Origin: an uncultured Gemmatimonadota bacterium
Lineage (GTDB): Bacteria; Gemmatimonadota; Gemmatimonadetes; Gemmatimonadales; GWC2-71-9
Length of the DNA stretch: 38,518 nt
Assembly (NCBI GenBank): GCA_937871775.1
Contig: CALMOP010000182.1
Coordinates: 1 to 38,518 of the forward strand
Direction of reading: 5' to 3'
Part shown: positions 33,107 through 38,518 of the stretch, one piece after another
How the letters are laid out: each line of letters begins with the position of its first letter
Numbering within the stretch: position 1 is the first letter of the stretch
Made by a program: the position numbers and the translations under genes
The notes under the pieces: model-generated
Told to the model about the DNA's origin: nothing
The model's database searches: none
Seen by the model: only the letters and a program-made list of their open reading frames with translations

Positions 33107-33135
33107 GGACCAGGCGGCGTGACGCCGCCTGGTCC
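33107..33135 (-). terminator. Perfect 13-bp GC-rich hairpin (GGACCAGGCGGCG-TGA-CGCCGCCTGGTCC)
   Basis: It begins 11 nt after the EthD-lipoprotein stop. No U-tract follows (the next bases are AGCCTCCCCC), so it may be a processing or stability element rather than a terminator. Confidence 0.45.
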
Positions 33136-33145
33136 CGCCGGCGCT

Positions 33146-33916
33146 TCAGGGATGCGACGTGATATGCCCGACCAGAGCGGCCAGTCCGCCGGTGGCGAAG
33201 TTCGGCAGATCTCCACCTACCGCCTTGAACCCATCGGTGGCAGTGCCGGCCGTCCGGGCCGCGGCGTTGGGGAAATACAGCTTGGCCTGCCGGTACAGGG
33301 CCGCCGGCGTGCCGTCCAGGTTCTTGCCGAACCTGGTGAGCTCGGCCCGGGTGAAGCCGATCTGCGCGGCATGCTGTACGACCAGCGGGATGTGGGTCTG
33401 CGCGTAGTAGGCCTCGAACGCGGCCGGGTCCTTGGGCTGATTGTAGAGCACCGTCACGAACGCGGTGGTGTCTCCGCTGAGCAAGGCCGTGTTGTCGCTG
33501 GTCTCCTCACCGACCATCGCGATCAGCCCACCGGTAGCGAATTGCGCCAGATCGGCGCCCACCGCCTTGAAGGCCGGGGTGCCAACGCCGATCTCCAGCG
33601 CGGCCATGCTCTTGAACCACAGGACGGCCTGCCGGTAGTAGGTCGGCGCCTGGCCATCCAGGGTGGCGTCGAACTTGGTCAGCTCGGCACCGACGAAGCC
33701 GATTTCCGGGGCCTTCTGGTTGACCAGGGGAATGTGCTTCTCCCAGTAGTACTTCTCGAAGTCGGCCGCGCTCTTGGGCGTGTTGTAGATCACCGTCACG
33801 AAGGCCATCGGCTCGGCCTTGGGCGGGGTGGGTGTCTCCGCCGGCTTGTCGGCGGGCTTGGAGCAGCCGGTGAGGGCGGCCAGCAGGATTGTCGCGGTCA
33901 GGGTGGCACGATGCAT
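33146..33916 (-). CDS. Lipoprotein with two tandem EthD-type (dimeric alpha/beta-barrel) domains
   Basis: Lipobox LAALTGC is followed by a Pro/Lys/Ala linker. Two ~100-aa units follow (FVTVIYNTPK...HIPLV...YRQAVLWF...FKAVGADLAQFATGG and FVTVLYNQPK...HIPLV...YRQAKLYF...FKAVGGDLPNFATGG). By eye, 58 of 102 aligned residues are identical. Confidence 0.7.
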   Translation of the reverse strand: MHRATLTATILLAALTGCSKPADKPAETPTPPKAEPMAFVTVIYNTPKSAADFEKYYWEKHIPLVNQKAPEIGFVGAELTKFDATLDGQAPTYYRQAVLWFKSMAALEIGVGTPAFKAVGADLAQFATGGLIAMVGEETSDNTALLSGDTTAFVTVLYNQPKDPAAFEAYYAQTHIPLVVQHAAQIGFTRAELTRFGKNLDGTPAALYRQAKLYFPNAAARTAGTATDGFKAVGGDLPNFATGGLAALVGHITSHP

Positions 33917-33976
33917 GGGATGGTCCGGGGCTTGAGGGTAAAGGGATGAGGAGTCGGCCGCAGCCGGGCTCCCCGA

Positions 33977-34936
33977 CTATTCGGGGTACAACGACCGCTT
34001 CAGCACTTCGACGTTGACCTTGCCGGCATGGTGGGTCCGTCCCGAGGTCGTGCTGGTCAGCCAGACCTCCGCCGGGCTGAACAGCAGCGGATCGATCTTG
34101 TAGAAGTCCTTGTCGTAGCGCTCGAAGATCTCGTAGAACGGGGTGCCATAGTCCTTCGAGGCGCTGGCCGGGAGCTTCGCCGCCAGTGCCGCCAGCTCGG
34201 TGTCCCCGGCTCGAACCGTGTAATGGGCCTGACCGCCGTACAGGATGCAGTCGTTGGTCCGACCGATGCCCCTGAGATCGTTCTTGGCCACCGTCGCGAT
34301 CGGGGCGCTGCCGATACCGCTGACCACCTGGCGCACGTCGAAGCCGAGGGTTTCCATCTTGTGCAGCCCGGTCTCGAGGATCCGGGCCGAAATCTGGGTT
34401 CCCCCCGCCAGACTGGCGGTCGGCGCCACCACGAAGGTGAGCTGCGCCGGCGAGAGATTCGACTTGCGAGCCACATAGGCCGCCACGGCGTCGCTGGGGA
34501 GCTCGCGGCCTTCCAGCACCAGCACCCCGCAGCTGGCCTGTTCTTCATAGCCCAGCTTCTCGAACAGCTCCTTCTCGACCCGGGCGTGAGCCCGCAAGGG
34601 CCCCGAGCCCATGGCGAAGAACTTCTCGACCTGGATGGCCCACCCGGCGTACTGGGACGCCATGCAGGACGTAGCGGGATGGTCGGTCCGGACCTGGACC
34701 CCGGCCCAGTTCTCGCCGCCGAGCACCAGCGGTGCGTACTCCACGTCGCCCAGGCCGCCCATGCAGATCTCGCTCAGCAGCAGCCCGGCATTGAGTCCGC
34801 CATCCACCTGAACGCCCGCGTCGATGACCCGGGCGCCTCCCGGCAGACTCGCCACCGCAATCCGGAGCCCACTGGCTTCCTCGGCCATCACGTCGGCGAG
34901 GTCACGGGCCCGCTCATTCATGTTCAGGGAAGTCAT
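33977..34936 (-). CDS. mch: Methenyl-tetrahydromethanopterin cyclohydrolase
   Basis: 319 aa. ...ARVIDAGVQVDGGLNAGLLLSEICMGGLG... and ...GSGPLRA... are typical of Mch. Confidence 0.9.
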   Translation of the reverse strand: MTSLNMNERARDLADVMAEEASGLRIAVASLPGGARVIDAGVQVDGGLNAGLLLSEICMGGLGDVEYAPLVLGGENWAGVQVRTDHPATSCMASQYAGWAIQVEKFFAMGSGPLRAHARVEKELFEKLGYEEQASCGVLVLEGRELPSDAVAAYVARKSNLSPAQLTFVVAPTASLAGGTQISARILETGLHKMETLGFDVRQVVSGIGSAPIATVAKNDLRGIGRTNDCILYGGQAHYTVRAGDTELAALAAKLPASASKDYGTPFYEIFERYDKDFYKIDPLLFSPAEVWLTSTTSGRTHHAGKVNVEVLKRSLYPE

Positions 34937-35035
34937 CCGTCCATTCCTCTGAGGAGCCCGGCGCGCCGAAGCCTCGCGGGCCGCAGAAGATAAGCGGAAA
35001 CCGGGGGTATCGGGAGGATGGCGGGAGCGGCGGAG

Positions 35036-35857
35036 TCAGTCGGGAAGGAGGATCAGGATCTCCCCGCGTCCTCCGTTGGCGAGGTCGCCCATGGAGCGCC
35101 GAGCCCGGAGGTCACCCGCCGACAGCGACGCGAACGGACCGGGGAGGCCCCGCCAGGCCCGGGCCAGCAGCCGCAGGATGGGCACGACCTGTACCCCGCA
35201 GTCGTTGAACGTGGGCAGCAGCGCGGCCGGTGGCCGCCGCAGCAGCAGGGTCCCCCGCCGCATCGCCAGACCGGCGTTGCGGCCCACGGCGCCGCCCACC
35301 GCGATGGTGCCCGCGACCATGCGGGAGGCGCAACAGTCGCCGACGTCGCCATCGATGATCAGGGTTCCCCGCCGCATCCGGTCGCCGGCCCGGGCCCCCG
35401 CGTTCCCCGACACCACCAGGACACCACCGCGCATGCCCTGGTGATCTCCCGGTGCCGCGGCCGCGAGGAAGTCACCGGCGTGCTGGTGGACATGCAGCAA
35501 TCCGCCCTGCATTCCCGAGCCGGCGTAAGCCCCGGCGCTGCCTTCGACCTCGATGGTGCCACCACACATCCCAACGCCCAGCCAGGCACCCGCGTTTCCC
35601 CGGAGGCGGATGCTGCCCTGGGTCATGGCCTCACCGATCCGGTCCAGGCGCGATCCATCGCCTTCGATCACCAGCTCCGGTCCGGGGTCTCCCGCGAGCT
35701 TGAAGACCGCGTCCACCCGCAGGGACCGGTTGCCGCTCGCCAGCGGCAGCGCCGCCACCTCGGCGCGGCTCCTCCCCGCGATCCGGTCGGGGGTCAGCGG
35801 CGACAGGTCCACCCGCTCGGGCGGTACCGCTTGCAGGGTGAGGCGCAATCCGGGCAT
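35036..35857 (-). CDS. fhcC: Formyltransferase/hydrolase complex subunit C (FwdC-like)
   Basis: Repeated GxxGxxxGxxMxGGxI beta-helix units (GNAGAWLGVGMCGGTIEVEGSAGAYAGSGMQGG...). Its start shares one base with the fhcD stop (TGATG). Confidence 0.85.
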   Translation of the reverse strand: MPGLRLTLQAVPPERVDLSPLTPDRIAGRSRAEVAALPLASGNRSLRVDAVFKLAGDPGPELVIEGDGSRLDRIGEAMTQGSIRLRGNAGAWLGVGMCGGTIEVEGSAGAYAGSGMQGGLLHVHQHAGDFLAAAAPGDHQGMRGGVLVVSGNAGARAGDRMRRGTLIIDGDVGDCCASRMVAGTIAVGGAVGRNAGLAMRRGTLLLRRPPAALLPTFNDCGVQVVPILRLLARAWRGLPGPFASLSAGDLRARRSMGDLANGGRGEILILLPD

Positions 35858-36753
35858 CAGGCCATGATCTCCCGGAGCCGGAAGTGGTACTTGCCGAGCT
35901 TGCCGCCGTAATTCCCCGCGGTGATGCGATGAATCCCGCGGGCGCTGCCCAGCCCGACGACCGCGTCGATCCCGGCCCGCATGGCGGCGCTGATGTCCTC
36001 CGGGGTCAGGCCGTCGATCACGATCTCCATCACCGACCCGACCTCGGGGCCGAGCGCCGTGTTGGTGATGCCGCGGATGGTGGGGCAGAAGGCGTCGTTG
36101 GTGGAGGCAATGAGGGCCTTGTAGCGCGACCCGACCTTGGACCCGGAGCGCACTACTCCGCCGGGAAATGGCATGATCACGTTGGGAATCCGGCGCATGG
36201 CGGTGATCGCCGCCTCACACGCGGCCAGGGCGTCCGGCTGGGTGGCGGCCAGCACCAGGAAGTTGCCGCCACCGACCCCACCGACGACGCCGGTGGTCTC
36301 TTCGATCACGAACTCGCCGTCCATCACCGGGATGCGCCAGTAGCGCCGGCCCTCGATCAGCTTGGACGCCTGGAAGCCGTCACCGAAGAAGCGCAGATTC
36401 TTCCCCAGCGCCACCGGCTCGCCCTCCCGGATGCCGGCGTAGGCCGCGCTGGTCGGCGAGGTGAGTACGCACTGGCCGATCCGCCGCTCCAGCTGTTTGG
36501 CGAGCTCCTTGCCCGACATGGCAAACAGCAGGATGGCGATCCCGGGGCGGCCATCAGGTGTCTCGGCCGGGGGGAGTTCCCGCTCGATGCCCGCCTCGCA
36601 GCCGCAGGCGATCACCGAGGTGGCAAACCCGGTCGCCGCCTCGGCGGCGTGCCGGGCCCAGGTCGGATTGTGGGCCGTGATGATCACCCGGGTGGCCTTC
36701 ATGCCGAAGGCCTCCGCGAATTCGTCGTCGATCGCCACGCCGTTACGGATCAT
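35857..36753 (-). CDS. fhcD: Formylmethanofuran:H4MPT N-formyltransferase
   Basis: MIRNGVAIDDEFAEAFGMKATRVIITA... Ftr family. ATGA overlap with fhcA. Confidence 0.9.
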   Translation of the reverse strand: MIRNGVAIDDEFAEAFGMKATRVIITAHNPTWARHAAEAATGFATSVIACGCEAGIERELPPAETPDGRPGIAILLFAMSGKELAKQLERRIGQCVLTSPTSAAYAGIREGEPVALGKNLRFFGDGFQASKLIEGRRYWRIPVMDGEFVIEETTGVVGGVGGGNFLVLAATQPDALAACEAAITAMRRIPNVIMPFPGGVVRSGSKVGSRYKALIASTNDAFCPTIRGITNTALGPEVGSVMEIVIDGLTPEDISAAMRAGIDAVVGLGSARGIHRITAGNYGGKLGKYHFRLREIMA

Positions 36754-38417
36754 GATCGAGCGCGGCAGGGATGAGGGACCACCGCGGCACCGTGGCCGAA
36801 GGCGTGCATCTCCTCTTCCGTAATGCGGAGATGATCGGCTCGAATGGTCAGGTACCGCTCACAGTACTCCCGCAACCGGCGCTCGATCCCCCGGTCATAG
36901 TCGGGCCGGACCGCGTGATACCGGCCCCAGGTCAATTTCACGATCCGGCCCTGCTCCACCACCAGTTCCCCATCCTTGAAGACGTATTCGGGGGCCGCGA
37001 ACATCCGCTCCCGGTCAGCGTCATCCCGGTACACCGTGATATCGGCGGCCGCGCCCGGTCCCAGATGGCCCAGGCTGGCGATCCCCAGCAGGCGGGCCGG
37101 CGCGGCCCGGGTCAGGATCGCGATCTCGTAGAGGGTGTACTCCCGGTCCAGGGTTCCCAGCGTGGTGAGCGCCTGGGCCGCCGGGTTGATCGCCGCCAGC
37201 CGATCCTTGCGGAAACTCCGGTCCATCAGCAGCCGGATGAGGTGGGGATAGCTGGTGAACGGCGCCCCGTTGGGATGATCGGTGGTGAGGAACACCCGCC
37301 ACGGGTCCTGCACCAGCAGAAAGATCTCCAGGCCGATCGCCCACTGCAGCGCGTTCACGAAGTTCTGGTCCCGGTACTTGAACGGCAGGACGCCGCACCC
37401 CGCGTCGCATTCGATATCCATGATCACGAACTTGCCGGGGTTGGCCAGGCCCGAGTTGCGGTGCTGGGCCATGCTGTCCCCCGACGCGGTCACCGTCTGG
37501 CCGAACAGCACCTGCCCCACGTCGCAGGTGGCGTTGGGCGTGGCGTTGATGGCCTCGGCGATCCGGGCGGCGGCCGAGGAGAACTTGCGGTCGCCTTCGG
37601 TGCCATAGCTGTGGAACTGGATGTGGGTCAGGTGAATCGGCAGGCCTTCCGACGCCTGGATGGTCCCCAGGGTGGTGTCCACGTTGCCCGGCAGGCCCAG
37701 ATTGCTGCTGTGGACGTGCAGCGGATGGGGCACCCCGAGTTCATGGACCGCGCGGCTCAGCACCCGCAGGATGTCCCGCGGAGTCACCCCGTACCGCGGG
37801 TGCTGCTCGTCGAGATCCATCCGGCGCTGGTTGAACTTGAAGGCGGAGATCCCGCCGGGATTGACCACCTTGATCCCGATGCAGTGGGTCGCGTTCAGGA
37901 TCCAGGCCACGTAATCATTGATGAGCTGCTGTTCCGCCCCGGCGGCCAGCAGCCGCAGCAGGAAGTCGTCACTCCCCAGCATCACGTAGCCACCCTTGTC
38001 CACGATCGGCGTGTCCCCCATTTCCATGTGGGCCTGACGCGCGTTGACCGGCAGGATCGCGGGCTCGAAGCAGGCGGTGTAGCCCATCTCGGCGTAGCGG
38101 TATCCGGTCGCGAGGGTGCCGGGCGCGGCCCGCCCCGCCGAGGGTCGGGTGATCGCGGTCGCCGCCACCGGATCGGCCCGATGGTCCTCGGGCAGCATCG
38201 CCCGCGCGATATTGAGCTTCCCGCCGCCGATGTGGGTGTGCATGTCGATGGCACCCGCCATGACCACCCGGCCCGACAGGTCGATCTCCCGCTCGATCCG
38301 GGTCCCGGGCGGCGGGGGCTCGATGATCACCCCGTCCCGGACGAAGAGATCGCGCACCACGCCGTCAACCCCGTGGGCCGGGTCGTAGCAGCGTCCGCCC
38401 TTCAGCCGAAGCAGCAT
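36750..38417 (-). CDS. fhcA: Formyltransferase/hydrolase complex subunit A (FwdA-like amidohydrolase)
   Basis: 555 aa with GAIDMHTHIGGG and other metal-dependent amidohydrolase motifs of FwdA/FhcA. Confidence 0.9.
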   Translation of the reverse strand: MLLRLKGGRCYDPAHGVDGVVRDLFVRDGVIIEPPPPGTRIEREIDLSGRVVMAGAIDMHTHIGGGKLNIARAMLPEDHRADPVAATAITRPSAGRAAPGTLATGYRYAEMGYTACFEPAILPVNARQAHMEMGDTPIVDKGGYVMLGSDDFLLRLLAAGAEQQLINDYVAWILNATHCIGIKVVNPGGISAFKFNQRRMDLDEQHPRYGVTPRDILRVLSRAVHELGVPHPLHVHSSNLGLPGNVDTTLGTIQASEGLPIHLTHIQFHSYGTEGDRKFSSAAARIAEAINATPNATCDVGQVLFGQTVTASGDSMAQHRNSGLANPGKFVIMDIECDAGCGVLPFKYRDQNFVNALQWAIGLEIFLLVQDPWRVFLTTDHPNGAPFTSYPHLIRLLMDRSFRKDRLAAINPAAQALTTLGTLDREYTLYEIAILTRAAPARLLGIASLGHLGPGAAADITVYRDDADRERMFAAPEYVFKDGELVVEQGRIVKLTWGRYHAVRPDYDRGIERRLREYCERYLTIRADHLRITEEEMHAFGHGAAVVPHPCRARS

Positions 38418-38434
38418 CGTATGAAAATCCCGGG

Positions 38435-38518
38435 TCAGGCGGGGGCGGGGAGCGCGGCCTCGATGGCCACGAGGGCCTCGGCCACGCTCGGAAGCGAACG
38501 CTGGCGGACCCGCTTGAG
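38435..38518 (-). CDS. fhcB: 3' end of an upstream gene, probably fhcB (5' part outside the window)
   Basis: Open minus-strand frame ...LKRVRQRSLPSVAEALVAIEAALPAPA ends at TGA 38435-38437, 17 nt before fhcA. Identity is inferred only from the conserved fhcBADC order. Confidence 0.35.
   Translation of the reverse strand, partial: LKRVRQRSLPSVAEALVAIEAALPAPA

Noticed and set aside
16054-38518. Methylotrophy island as a mobile genomic island
   Set aside because: No integrase, transposase, tRNA attachment site or flanking direct repeats are visible. Only the heptamer array at the left edge is unusual. Composition looks similar to the left half by eye.

Overview
GC-rich bacterial chromosomal window. 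I found no rRNA or tRNA genes, no CRISPR array and no transposase, integrase or phage genes. The left ~16 kb holds the 3' end of lon, a TetR regulator, and an Hpt-REC-REC-GGDEF cyclase translationally coupled to a TrmB-like regulator. It also holds a hypothetical 354-aa protein and a minus-strand run of secreted or envelope hydrolases: a DUF4015-type glycosidase, a beta-propeller-like protein, an alpha/beta hydrolase, an M28 peptidase and a small basic ORF. This half ends with an OmpA/TSP3 outer-membrane protein, a SelW/Rdx-type selenoprotein whose in-frame TGA splits the ORF track, pfk, prolyl oligopeptidase and a DoxX-like membrane protein. The right ~22 kb (16.05-38.5 kb) is one contiguous methylotrophy island. 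(i) It has lanthanide-type xoxF-xoxJ-xoxG plus a periplasmic pentapeptide-repeat protein and a YVTN beta-propeller lipoprotein. (ii) It has an operon of seven genes with four 4-nt start/stop overlaps: SDR, PCD, DHPS-like, pabB, pabA, DUF447, beta-RFAP synthase. (iii) It has methylofuran/H4MPT cofactor genes: MfnB-like, amino-acid-kinase-like, HisA/F-like, PTPS-like, CitG-like and an ATP-grasp ligase. (iv) It has mch and fhcB(partial)ADC. The items most worth a second look are these. The unannotated selenoprotein has a fdhF-like SECIS hairpin. A lipoprotein made of two tandem EthD domains is inserted in the cytoplasmic C1 operon. An SDR with Phe in place of the catalytic Tyr heads the pterin operon. 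A 635-nt non-coding region upstream of xoxF carries a near-consensus sigma70 promoter, a hexamer microsatellite and an SD-bearing hairpin with an 11-codon uORF. Heptamer microsatellites fill two convergent intergenic gaps. Function calls come from motif recognition by eye, and no database search was possible.
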